A stretch of 64,000 nucleotides of DNA from Geosiphon pyriformis uo1. Taxonomy: Eukaryota > Fungi > Glomeromycota. The stretch covers positions 181,156 to 245,155 of the forward strand of contig JAAOMT010000375.1 in assembly GCA_016748015.1 (NCBI GenBank), in the 5' to 3' direction. The translations under genes and the position numbers were made by a program. The notes beneath the pieces were generated by a model, which saw nothing but the letters and a program-made list of their open reading frames with translations, ran no database searches and was not told the origin of the DNA. Below, one piece after another: positions 1 through 11,849 of the stretch (positions are counted from its first letter, which is position 1; each line of letters opens with the position of its first letter).

Positions 1-872
1 TCCCAAGAGTTTTGACTATTGCAAGAAGAGCCAAAACTCTTATACAAAGATTTGGTCTCTTGGATACAAAGCTTATTTTGCCTCAAATACTATACACTCT
101 ATCCACAAAAGAATTCAACAAACTAGTTAATTTTGAGTTAGACAAAACCCTTCAATTAGAATACCCTATAAATAGCTTGATTTTGCCGGAGCTCAATCTT
201 TTTGGAGAGAATAATGTTATGGTTGAAACCTATAATTTTTATTAGTTATCACATGTATTAACCACTGATGTCATATAATTAGCCACTCTATTTTTAGATA
301 ATGATTATTGACCTGATCATTGACCTGATCATTGATCTAGTTGTTGACCACTTTCAATAGCTATATAAGTGATGAGTCTCTTAGCTGTAGAAAATCATCT
401 CTTAGACAAGAATCAAATAAATTAAAATAACAACTTTTATTTCAATTACTCTTTTATCGCTAATTTCCCTTTCTCTACCTTCAAGTATTCAAACATCTTG
501 GGATAAAAGATTACTTGTTGGTCTTTTCCTGTTTGAATAAATTGTAGTATTTGAAGACTATTTGTATAAACATGACTAAAGAACACAAGTTGATATCTGA
601 TATTGAATTCTAAGAGTGCCAATGTGAAGGCATAGAATTAATACCAGCAGTAATCATTTGTTGACAGCACAAACTATCCTTCTACCTTCAGATTTTCCAG
701 TTATCTTTTGAAAAGTACAGTGACTGAGATATTTTATAAGACTGATCTCACACATTAAATTTTTACTCATTCAATTCGCTCTTTGAAGTTAAATTTCCCT
801 TTAATTATTTCCATCACCCTACAATTCTGTTCTCCCTTGCTATCCATTAGCTTGTTATTCCAATCCATAACA
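1..872 (+). mobile_element. 3' end of Ty3/gypsy family A element (A0): ORF3 C-terminus, PPT, 3' LTR
   Basis: ORF 12..245 equals the C-terminus of ORF3 at 5801..6553. Purine tract GGAGAGAATAA at 204-214 is followed by an LTR TGTTATGG(215)...CCATAACA(872). Confidence 0.93.
215..872 (+). repeat. Family A LTR (3' LTR of A0)
   Basis: TG...CA ends with an 8-bp terminal inverted repeat, 12-bp TGACCTGATCAT array, TATATAA at 362-368, AATAAA at 416-421; homologous to 8 other LTRs in the window. Confidence 0.95.
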
Positions 873-2442
873 ATATTTTGTAGTCCACAGCCAAATGACT
901 CAAGTCTTGACACCTGTAGCAGCAGTAACACCCAGAGGTTTCCCACCAGATGCAACAACTACACAAGGTACCAGTTTTTGACACAGCAACATTCAGAGAT
1001 TTCAAAGAATCAAAGGTAACCACAGCAAAACATTGACATCAATAAGATTCAGGAGAGTGAGAAATGAAACATGTATGGTCACCAACTTGGGAGACCCAAT
1101 TGCTTATCTCAAAGACAATACAGCCAAATAGAAAATTGACCAACTTAGCTTTAAATGCATTTTTTAAGGAAATTACCTTCTTTTGGTTGGCAATAAAAAG
1201 AATCCTAACACTATCTTTTCTGACCAATACAGACCAGTTAGAGAAAGCAGCAGCAGCAGAAAAAATGTCCTTAAAATTAACCACAGCGTATTGCCATAAG
1301 CCAGCAGGCTTCAACTTAACAGAAGTAATAACACCAAAAATGCCAAGAGCAGTTTTGATGTCATCAAAAGAGATACCCAAAAGTACATTATACAATGCAA
1401 TTGACAAGAAAAGGGAAAAAACAGAGGCCACACCAGAAGACCATACAACCTTAAGAGTGGTCAAAAAAACTTCATCACTAATGGCCACTTTGGTGGCACT
1501 ATTTAGACTCTCTTGAGATGCAAATTCCACACAAAACAACTTAACAGCATCTCGTGAAACTGACTTAAGCCCAATACAACCAGGCAGCAACTGAAACAAG
1601 GAACCAAGCAGAGCTATTTTGATCTTAAATATAGCACCAGATACTAGATTGGAGGCTATTCAACCAGAGAACTTCTAACAACCATTCACATTTTTCCAAG
1701 CACCACCATTAGCAGTACCAGAAACTGGGAGAGAGACAGTTGATTTCATATCCATCTGATCAGTCCAATCTTTGAGATCATCTGGATCGATGGATTGTTT
1801 TGCTACTGGGATTGGTGATAATCTGCTAGAGAGTACCACATCAGGCAACACAGCCAGTAGTTGATCTTGGCCCATCTTGGGAGATGTGCTGCTGTTATTG
1901 CCATCCATATCAGGAAGAAAGCTGGCTACTGCTGTAAAGATATTACCAAAAATCTCATCTGGAACCACAAAGGGATTCAGTGTAACCATAGCAGTTGCAA
2001 CTGTCTGCTGCTGTTTTTTGGAATTTTTAGCTTTTATAGCCATTTGTGAAGCAGTAGTAGTAGAAGTAGTAATAGAAGTGATAAGAGCAGGAAAGACCAA
2101 CTTGTTGACTAGTCTGTTATTAAAAATCTTTGGGCTTTTAGAAGTAGTAGAGACAATACTGAAACTAACCCAAGTGTGTCTTTTAGAAGGAACTTTGACT
2201 GAAGAAGAACTACCAGCCAAATGTGAAGAAAATAAACCAGAAGCTGCTAAAGGCAGCTTATCACTAGTATTTTTTAAAGGAAATATTGCCAGAACATTTT
2301 GTCTAGCTGCTTCAATAACAGAAAGACTTTCTTGTATTGAAACTTTATTAGTTACTATAGGAAAAGTAATGTTTGCAACTTTTTTACTCTTAGCTTTATT
2401 TGTGGTCATGAAATTTAGAAGAGAAAGAGTTTTTTGGCCCAA
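873..2442 (-). pseudogene. LINE ORF1 (gag-like; RRM-like region and Zn knuckle), cut by the A0 LTR
   Basis: ORFs 1675..2442 and 1039..1599 (GLWQYAVVNF, KAKLVN, GDHTCFI) parallel the LINE ORF1 at 39471-40015 (GMWQKAVVEF, GEKTCII). A CYRCQDLSHLAVD knuckle remnant lies just before 873. Confidence 0.75.
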
Positions 2443-3742
2443 CTATAGATAGTCAAGCAGTTGTATCAACAACTCAAAAATGGTTGTCTAAGAATTCCTT
2501 CTTGTCTATTAGAAATCAGCTCAAAACTCCTAACTAGTGCATATAGAATGCAATCAAAGCAGTAATAAGTGAAAAAAAAATTGATCTTACCATAAACAAA
2601 GTGGCTGCACATACTGAAGTATCTGAAAATAAAAAAGCTACTGCTTTCAACACAGTGGAGTGGGCCTACAATACCAAAAATGTCAGCTATGTTCTCTTTT
2701 GCAGAGGAGTTGAGTTGGATTTAAATATTAGACACTTCCTAAGCCAACAAACTGGGCTTCAAGCTGCTTTGGATTGGATAAGCAATAAAAAAGTTCAGAA
2801 GACATTAGGGCCTTTGAACCAAAAGATAGACTGGAAGTGTACAACCAAGATTTGGAACTGGGATGGTAAAATGTCTTTAGGCTTTACCTCAGCTGGTTCC
2901 TTAGCAATGTGTACATTCATTATAAAATCATTTCACAACATCCTGTCAATGGTGGAGATGCTGTACAACAGACATCCTCTGGTGTATTTAAACAATCTTT
3001 GCAAAATATGTTACACAGAAGTAAAGACCAATTAGCACTTTTGGGAATGCTCTTTGAATACTTAAAAAGGCAAGACACTGATAAATGAGATAAAAAATAA
3101 GTGAATGCAGTGCTTATCAAAGGCTGCAGAAGAGAAACATAAAACCATAGACTCTAGTGAGAAGATTGTCTTATCTAAAGAGTACATTATGTTGACACCC
3201 AACATAGATCTGCTATGCAAAAAGTTAATTAATAAGTGATTTAGAAGAATTAATGTCTTTGCTGACATTGATTAAAAGACTAACAATAATATACTGATTA
3301 GGATGTAAATGGACTGTAACTCAAGCAAGGAATAGGTTATGGGGAAAATGTTGCAGAGCACAAACTGAGTAGGAAAAATCAGTGAGTATTGATAATAGGG
3401 GTAAGAGAAGCCTATTGAATAGGTTTAACATACATATAATATTAGAAAATAATAGTAATAATGACAGCATATCCAAAGTTAAGATGGGTGATAGATTCAT
3501 ACAGTGTAATAAGATACTGGCTAATGTTTTTTGTGGTAGAATTACTTTATGTAATAGTAAGATACCTTATAGATTTTCTAGTTATACTAGCATGTAGTTA
3601 GACATAATCATTTAGTGGTTAGCCACATCTTGTAATTTAGATTATTGAGTAAGTTGGCTTTATGAAAAGATCATGCTTTTTGAATATGGCTAAACTAATA
3701 AAAGACCAGCATGGCTACATATTAACAAAAAAAAAAAAAAAA
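2443..3742 (+). mobile_element. LINE 3' segment: end of RNase H, C-terminal Zn finger, 3' UTR, poly(A)
   Basis: DSQAVV...INKVAAH (RNase H end), CKICYTEVKTN*HFWEC (CCHC), A-run at ~3727-3742. Confidence 0.8.
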
Positions 3743-5174
3743 GGTTTGTTGGCTCAGAAAGTATCTAATATTCAATTCCTCTATAACTGAGAACATAGCT
3801 GGTATTTTTGTCATTGTAGGTCTACTCCACTGAGTCAAAGACAGTAGTTTTTTTGGCTAGTTTGTCAGCCATCTCATTTTCAGATATTCTAGTGTGTGCA
3901 GCCACTTTGTTTATGTTGAGATCAATTTTTTTTTCTTCTATTACTGCTTTAATTGTGCCAGTTAGAAGTTTTGAGCTGCTTCCTAATAGACAAGGGAGAA
4001 TTTTTGAACAACCATTTTTAAGCTATTGACACTACTGCCTAACTATCTGTGTTCAATGTCAGTTTGCATTTGTAAAGTACTGCTTCCAAAGCCAATAATA
4101 CAGCTTTTGCCTCAGTTTTTGTTGATGATAATGTTCCATTAACTGCTATACCAAAGTTGGCCTCTATTCCATATGTCACAAAAGTGGCTGTTCTTTTAGC
4201 ATTCTCAGAGCCAGCTTTTACCAGTGAGCCATCTGTTAATATTTCTATTTCCTTTCTGAGTCTCAACTTCTCTTGCACATTCCTCCATTGTAATAATAGA
4301 GCATCAGGAATTTGGATGTAAATGGAGTCTCTTTGCATAATATCTAAGTCATCTGGTATTTGGTTATCTATTTTGTGCATCTTCAATGCTTCACATTGGG
4401 TTACATTAATGTTTCTGTGTTCATCCATAATGATTGTAAATTCTAAAATTTTAAACCATTTGGGAATTTTACCACTGTTGCTTTGTCTGTACTTCTTTGT
4501 GAAGTTCATTTATGTCATTAGTGATCCATTTTTGTTCTGTATCTGATACAAATACAAAATGTTTTCCTTCCTTAATAAGCCTCTAACCTTAGTGTAAGTT
4601 GCACATAAAGCTATAACAGTCTCAATTAAGTGTGCTGGTGGTCTTGAAGACTCAAGTACCCCATATGTGTTACCAGAGCTTTTGAGTGCAATGCCTTTTT
4701 CTTCTATTATCTGCATAATATTTGCTATAAAATTAACTCCTAGCCTAGATTGTTCATTAGTGGGATGTTCAAGTACACTTTGAGCTAACCATCTTTGTGC
4801 TTGCAAGTTGGCTAGTCTGATTTTTATAGTCATTTCAGCAATATCATTACTGTTTAATCTAACCAACAGATCTGTGATCTTGCTTTTTGTTTGTATATCA
4901 TCAATTTTAAACAAGTTGTACAGAGATAAGTGATGCATGGCACTGGTTGGGAAATTTGCTGACAGTTTTGCCTTTTTTTTTACAGTGGCTAAGATCTTTG
5001 AAGTTCATCTTCTGGCCCAGCTATTTGGGATATGAGTCAATTGAGATCTAAATTCTATTACTAGACTGAGTACACTGTTAAAAATGTAAATCGCCTGTTT
5101 TTCAGTGATGTTTTTCTTCCTAATAACCCCATACACTGCTTCAATGTTAGAGTCTATTATTTTCAGTACAGTAT
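3743..5174 (-). pseudogene. LINE ORF2 fragment (post-RT region and RNase H), same family as 2443-3742
   Basis: ORF 4039..4509 has LTDGSL, SSTKTEAKAV and NTDS RNase H motifs; 3743-4045 is homologous (inverted) to 2443-2753. Confidence 0.85.
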
Positions 5175-5831
5175 TGTTATGGGTTGGAGTAATAAGCTAA
5201 CAAATAGCAAGGGAGAACAGGATTGTAGGGTGATAAAAATAATCAAAGAGAAATTCAACTTTAAAGAGCAATTTGAATGAATATGGATTCAATGTGCAAG
5301 ATCAGTCTCATAAAATATCTCAGTTGCTATTCTTTTCAAAGGTAACTGGAGAATCTGAAGGTAGAGAGATAGTTTGTACTGTCAACAATTGATTACTGCT
5401 GGTATTAATTCTATGCCTTCACATTGGCACTCTTAGAATTCAATATCAGATATCAACTTGTGTTCTTTAGTCATGTTTATACAAATAGTCTTCAAATACT
5501 ACAATTTATTCAAACAGGAAAAGACCAACAAGTAATCTTTTATCCCAAGATGTTTGAATACTTGAAGGTAGAGAAAGGGAAATTAGCGATAAAAGAGTAA
5601 TTGAAATAAAAGTTGTTATTTTAATTTATTTGATTCTTGTCTAAGAGATGATTTTCTACAGCTAAGAGACTCATCACTTATATAGCTATTGAAAGTGGTC
5701 AACAACTAGATCAATGATCAGGTCAATGATCAGGTCAATAATCATTATCTAAAAATAGAGTGGCTAATTATATGACATCAGTGGTTAATACATGTGATAA
5801 CTAATAAAAATTATAGGTTTCAACCATAACA
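5175..5831 (-). repeat. Family A 3' LTR of A1
   Basis: TGTTATGG...CCATAACA ends; adjacent PPT complement TTATTCTCTCC at 5832-5842. Confidence 0.95.
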
Positions 5832-6457
5832 TTATTCTCTCCAAAAAGATTGAGCTCCGGCAAAATCAAGCTATTTATAGGGTATTCTAATTGAAGGGTT
5901 TTGTCTAACTCAAAATTAACTAGTTTGTTGAATTCTTTTGTGGATAGAGTGTATAGTATTTGAGGCAAAATAAGCTTTGTATCCAAGAGACCAAATCTTT
6001 GTATAAGAGTTTTGGCTCTTCTTGCAATAGTCAAAACTCTTGGGATATCTAAACATATAATGCCCAAAATTTCCACTTGTATCTCTGAAGTTGTTTTTTT
6101 CATAAGCTTCATTTCTTCTATGATTTCACCAAGATAACCATAAAGTTCTAGTTGCCTTCCATATGACAAGTTTTTGTCTATAGGCAAGATTTCCTTAATC
6201 ATTTTTCCAATTGTCATGGAAGGTGTAAGTATTGCTGCTGTTATGCTTTCTAGCAAATACTTATCTATTTTGCTACCAATTCTTTTTCTTCTGGTAGTGG
6301 TTTTCTTTGGTTTAATAACAGTATGTGTTCCACTGTTATCAGTTATGGTGATTTGTTTTCCAATGGTCAGAGTAGCATTTGGATAATTTTTGATCCAGTA
6401 CTCATGGAGAGTGTAGAAAGCGTTTTGAATGTTTTGATCTAGGAAATAATTGTTCAT
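5801..6457 (-). CDS. Family A ORF3, uncharacterised ~218 aa protein downstream of integrase (intact copy)
   Basis: Open frame 5801..6553; first ATG at 6457 (MNNYFLDQ) just after the inferred pol stop at 6499; stop lies inside the LTR. Homologues at 12-245, 18919-19575 and 20237-20899. Confidence 0.7.
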   Translation of the reverse strand: MNNYFLDQNIQNAFYTLHEYWIKNYPNATLTIGKQITITDNSGTHTVIKPKKTTTRRKRIGSKIDKYLLESITAAILTPSMTIGKMIKEILPIDKNLSYGRQLELYGYLGEIIEEMKLMKKTTSEIQVEILGIICLDIPRVLTIARRAKTLIQRFGLLDTKLILPQILYTLSTKEFNKLVNFELDKTLQLEYPINSLILPELNLFGENNVMVETYNFY

Positions 6458-6498
6458 GTCGATTGAAAATACCTCTGTTTTGGGAATGATGCATTTAT

Positions 6499-9400
6499 TT
6501 ATATCTGATTTTTGTTGATCATTTGGGTCAGTATTATCACAACAGATAACCAATTAGGTTGTTTGTGATATTTCTTGAGTTGTGTGCCATGAACAGGACA
6601 ATTATTGAAGATTGTTCCATATTGATCTTGTAAGATATAAGAACCATTGTTCAAAACTTTGTTGACTATAAAGGGTCTTTTCTACTGGCTAGAGAATTTA
6701 TCACCATAGACATTGTCTCTGTCTGAACGGTATTTTAAAACTAAGTCACCAACACTTAAGGAAAGTGTTTTATATGTTTTCTTTTTCTTAAGCTTCTCTT
6801 GGAATTGTTTTATCTTTTCAAAGACAATTATCTGTGCTTCTACTAATAAGTCAAGAATGGTACCAAGTCTTCTTTGCAAAATGTCTTTGTAATTTTCTAT
6901 TGTTATTTCTTCAAAGGGTATTGTCTCAATGTCAGTTTCTATTGGTAGAGTTGCCATTTGTCCATAGAGTAGATAAAAAGGTTCATAACTTGTTATGTTA
7001 TGATTCACAGTTCTATAAGCAAACAAAGTTAAAGGCAGTACTTTGTCCCATAAGTTTGTTTCTTCACTGGTTTTGGCTAGAGTTTCACATAGTGTTCTAT
7101 TAAAACGTTCCACTAGGCCATTTGTTTGGAAGTGATAAGAAGAGGAAAGTTTGTGATGTATTCCCATTTTTCTACAAAGTTCTTCAACCAGTATACTGAG
7201 AAAAGCTCTTCTTCTGTCAGATAAAAGTTCTTTGGGGCAGCCATGACAACAAATGATATCTTCATAAATGAAATTGGCTATTGAGACTGCTGTTTGGTCT
7301 GGAGTGGCTCTTGCTTCTACCTACTTTGTAAGATAGTCAGTAGCTGTGATAATGTATCTGTTGCCATTAGGAGTTATTGTTAAAGGTCCAACAACATCTA
7401 TATCAATTCTGTCAAAGGGTTGACCAACAGAGATTGGATGAATATCTTCTTTGTGATTGGGTTTTTCTCTTCTTTGGCAGATATCACAGGTTTTGATGTA
7501 TTCAGCAATGTCTTTTCCCAAGGTAGACCAATAATAGTGAGCTAGAGTTTTCTGAATTGTTTTTGTTTTTCCAAAGTGTCCAGCTAAGGATCAGTGTGCA
7601 TATTGTAGATCACAATTTCTTTTTCTTCAAATCTGATAACTTTCTGGGGGCGGTCAGGATCTTTTATAAAGTTGGTTCTGGCAAATTAAATAGAAATTTG
7701 ATTGTTTGCACAAATGTTCTCTTTGTTGTCATGTGTGTTTTGGTGGGTATTGTCCTTTCCCCAAAAATTCCATTAAGGCAGAGTAGTTGTCCAAGTCCAT
7801 TATTGTGTTTGTCAAAAAGGGGGAATTACTAATAATTAAGTTGGTTTGGTTTAAGAGGGTTGTTCTGTCACTGGATGGTAAGTCTGGAAAGAGTGTCAGC
7901 ATTTTGATGATTAGCTCCTTTGTGATGTTAAATATCATAGTCAAATTCATCCAAGTGGAGTATCCAACAAGTTATTCATTTGTGTTCTAGCCTCTTTTTG
8001 TTGTGCAGCCAAACCAAAGCTTGGTGATCTGTTACTACCAAAAACTTCATACCAAGAAGATACTTACTCCAATAATTGGTGAACTATACTACTGCTAAGC
8101 ATTCTTGTTCAGTAACTGAATAGTTCTGTTCTGCTGGGAAAAGGGTTTTACTGGCATAGGCTATGGCATGTTCTTTGCCATCTTCATCTTTTTGGGAGAG
8201 AACAGCACCAAGTCCAAAGCCAGATGCATTAGTGTGAAGGATAAAGGGTCGATCTAGATCAGGTTGCTTGAGAATGGGTTTTGTAACCAGTTTTTCTTTT
8301 AAAGTTTCAAAGGCTTTTTGCTGATGTGTTTCCCAATAGTAATTGATATTTTTCCTGAATAACTGATTGAGAGGAGAGGCGATTTTGGAGAAATCCTTGA
8401 CAAATTTGCAATAATAAGAGGCCAAACCAAAAAAAGAGTTTAGTTCATAAATGTTTATTGGTTGTTTGATGTTTTGGACTTTTTCAACTTTTGCTGGGTC
8501 AGGAAAGATTCCATCTTTTGTAATAAGATGCCCAAAGAACTGGGTGGATTGTCTTCCAAAGAAAGATTTGATTGGGTTGATATTAAGGCCAGCATTTCTG
8601 AGGAGATCAAAAACCTTTTGCAAATGTTCCAGGTGTTCATCCCAGGTTTTTGAGTATACCATTATGTCGTCCAAATAGACTAGAACAAAGTTTTTCTTGA
8701 CTGATTCAAATACTTTATCCATTAAGCATTGAAAGGTGGGAGGGGCATTGGTAAGACCAAAAAGCATGACTGTAAATTTAAAGGTGCCATACTTGGTGAT
8801 GAAGACAGTTTTCTTTCTGCTTTCTGGATCCATCTCTACTTGCCAGAATCCAGCAGTTAAGTCAATGGTTAAGAAGAAAGCAGCATTTTTGAATTGGTCT
8901 AACATTGCATCAATCTTGGGAAGTGGGTACATGTCTCTTTCAGTGATGGCATTTAATTGGTGGTAGTCGACACAAAAGCATAGTGTTCCACCTTTCTTGA
9001 ATACCACTACAACTGGAAAAGCCCATTCACTCTTGGTTTCTTGTATGAATCCAAGTTCTTTTATCTGGTTTATCTCTTTCTTGATAAACTCATCATTGTG
9101 CTGATTGCATTGATAAGGCTTCAAATGGATGGGTCGGATTTCTCTGGTGGTGATAGTGTGTTGTATCACATGAGTACATCCAGGGGTATCACCTTCTTTG
9201 GAAATAACTGGGCTATTTCTAGCCAGCAAATTTTCAATGTCTATTTTTCTTTCTTCTGGGAAGAGTTTTTTTTGTTCTACAACCAGTGATTGGATCTCAG
9301 GTGGTTCATTCTCAAAGGACTTTTGTACTTCTTTTAATTCTTCTCTGGGTATCAAACTGATTGGTTCCCAATCTCTGTAATAGATCAGGCATGATTTGCA

Positions 9401-10555
9401 TTTATTATTTGGAGAATACAAGAGTTTGTTGCACCAACACCAAGCACAAGGACCATGCCACCAAAAACTGTATTTGGCTTTCTTGCCAAGTTTTTTTTTA
9501 AAAGATCTTCTAAGAATATCATAATAAGGTAAGCAGATCAGCTTGCCATTTACAATGCTTCCTTCTTTGTCTGCTTTAACATTGTCCAGTGGTTTGCCAT
9601 TGCTGGTGAAGGTGGTATAGGTGAGTTTAGCAGTTTCTTCTTGCTCTTCTTGTTCTTCTTCTTTATTGCTTTTTTCATCATTTAATTCATCTGATTGTTC
9701 TTTTTCTTGGTTTTGTTTGGGTACTGGGGGAGTTGTCCAATGGCGACACTTAATTACAATGGGTTTCTCACCACATCTGATGGTTAATTCACAAAGTTCA
9801 TAATCAAGCAAAGTTTTTGCTTTCTTAAGCCATTCATTGCCAACAATGATGGTGTATTCCTTGGCTTCAGAAACTTCCAGGTCAGTTTCAATGCTGATTC
9901 CATTGATGCGGACAGGAACAGCTTTGGCAATACCCAGTCCTTTCTTTTTGTCACCATGTACGTTGGTCATTGGTCTAGTAGAAGGTTCATCAATCTTTCT
10001 ACCAATTGCTTCTAAGAAGTGTTTGGCAATGACACTAACAGATGATCCACTGTTCAGAATTAAGTCAATGAAGTATCCAGCCACTTGGGCTTTACAAATC
10101 AGAGAAATGACATTGCTGTTGTCAGCAAGTCCAGCTTGGTGAAAGTGTTTGTTGGTTTTTGGTGTCTTCTTCTTTGGAATTAAGAATTTGCAAAGATCTT
10201 TTCTGAACTATGAGTGGGTCATTAACTGGCCAAAGGTAATATGTGCTGGGGTTTCCATGAGATCTTTGACAATGAAATAGGATCCAGATTTTTGTACAAT
10301 TTCTGGGGGTTCCAACTTTGGAGGATTTTTAAAAACTTTAGTTTTTGGTGGCTTATTGTTATCAGCAGCAGAAGTTAAGGCTTTGTTGGGGTTTAGAACG
10401 AAATCAACCTTGGCTTTCTTCTTCTTTCTGGTTGGTTCTGAGGTGTTAATTGGTAGTTCATCCATGTTATGGTCATCATTAGTTAAGTTAAAAGCATAAA
10501 AGGGGTTTTTTTCTTGTTGGCTTGTACTCTCACCCTTTGGAGGTACACCTACCAG
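6499..10555 (-). pseudogene. pol: pol of A1 (aspartic protease, RT, RNase H, integrase) with in-frame stops
   Basis: LILNSGSSVS (DSG mutated), VYLDDIMVYS, HTNASGFGLGAVLSQ, NYSVTEQECLAVV, CDICQ, IDVVGP, QTNGLVERFNRTL. Confidence 0.93.
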
Positions 10556-11849
10556 TTTAAAGGCTAATAAACAGTGGCTTTAACTAGGAGATCCTCTCCA
10601 AAGAAATTGATGTTGGCATGATTGGTTCTTTGATTGGGGACATTATTGTTGTTGTTGTTAGGTTTGTTGTTTTGGTTGTCATTGTTTCTGGGAGCTGGAG
10701 GAGACAGTGAAGGGTTGTTACAATCTCTTGAATAATGTCCAGTTAATCCACAACGATAGCACACAGGTGGGCCATGATTTTGCTGTCTTTGATAGGAAGA
10801 TTGCTGGGACTGGTTAAAACGAGGTTCATATCTAGGTCTTGGTGGTTGCTGGTTATCTCTGACTGCTTGTGTCAATGGTTTTAATAACTGGGCAAGGTTA
10901 GCTATGAGTTTATCTATCAATTGTTCATTTGGGTCTTGGGTTTGGGCAGCAAAAGAAGTAGCAGCTACTTGAAGAGCAAAGGCCATGACAGAAGCAGAAG
11001 CAAAAACTGGAAGTGTGGATCCCAAATACATCTTTTGGTTATCTTCAATCCTTTGGGCGAGTTTAATAGCCATATCTATTGTAGGATTGTCTTTTAGAGC
11101 TAAGAGAGACCAAAGAGCATAAGATAAGTCAGTTCTCTATCCTTTTGTAAAGGAATGAATCTTTTGTTCTTCTGTTCAGTTCCTTCTAGAGTCTACTCGT
11201 TTGATTAACTTTCTGATTGCTTTGGAATATTCGGTTACAACTTCACCAGAATCTTGGGTTCTTCTTTCCAGTTCTATGCACCATTTAAATATTAAAATTG
11301 GGGTTCTGAACTTGTTTTCAAACTGGGTAGTGAAAGAGGTATTGTTTTCTCCTGCATCTGCTGGTGTCCATCTGATAATTCTGTGCTGAACATTAGCATT
11401 GGTTTTTTGTGAAAACCATGTGGCAGGAGAGCCTTGAAGGTAGCCACCAATGATTTGGAACTTGTACTCATCATCATATTGGTTGGCAGTGGCTGCTCTT
11501 TCAAAATTGTCCAACCATTCAATTGGATTTTGTGCATCACCTCTGAATAATGGTAATGGGGTGTTGTTTCTTTGCCCTAAAGCAGTTTGTATGCCTTGGA
11601 AGGTGGCTAGGATGTTTGCTTGTATTGGATCTTGGGCCATTGGTTCAGGAGTTACTGTTTGAGTGGAATGATCTGAATCACTTGCAAAGAAATCAAAAAT
11701 AGGAGTGGTTTGGTAACTTTCTTCTTCTGTTTCAAAAGAGGTTTCAGCTGATTGATGGACAGCAATCCAGATGTGAATTTGATGATTTAGATATTCGAAT
11801 TCAGGAGGTTGTTGTTCAAAGGTTGCTGAGTATAAGAGCTGATTGATAT
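10549..11849 (-). pseudogene. gag: gag of A1 (capsid-like region and CCHC knuckle), 5' truncated
   Basis: FRGDAQNPIEWLDNFERAATAN and CYRCGLTGHYSRDC (C-x2-C-x4-H-x4-C). Confidence 0.9.

Larger units (their letters stand above)
5175..11849 (-). mobile_element. Ty3/gypsy family A element A1, lacking its 5' LTR/PBS (cut in the gag N-terminal region by the A2 LTR)
   Basis: 3' LTR 5175-5831, PPT, ORF3, IN, RH, RT, PR and gag in gypsy order. Confidence 0.93.

Noticed and set aside
1064-2452. Antisense ORFs (1064..1516, 1877..2452 and many similar ones opposite gag/pol) as genes
   Set aside because: Shadow frames of retroelement coding sequence, with no motifs.
5801-6553. ORF3 as an envelope gene
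   Set aside because: Env-like position, but short and with no evident signal peptide, fusion peptide or transmembrane anchor.
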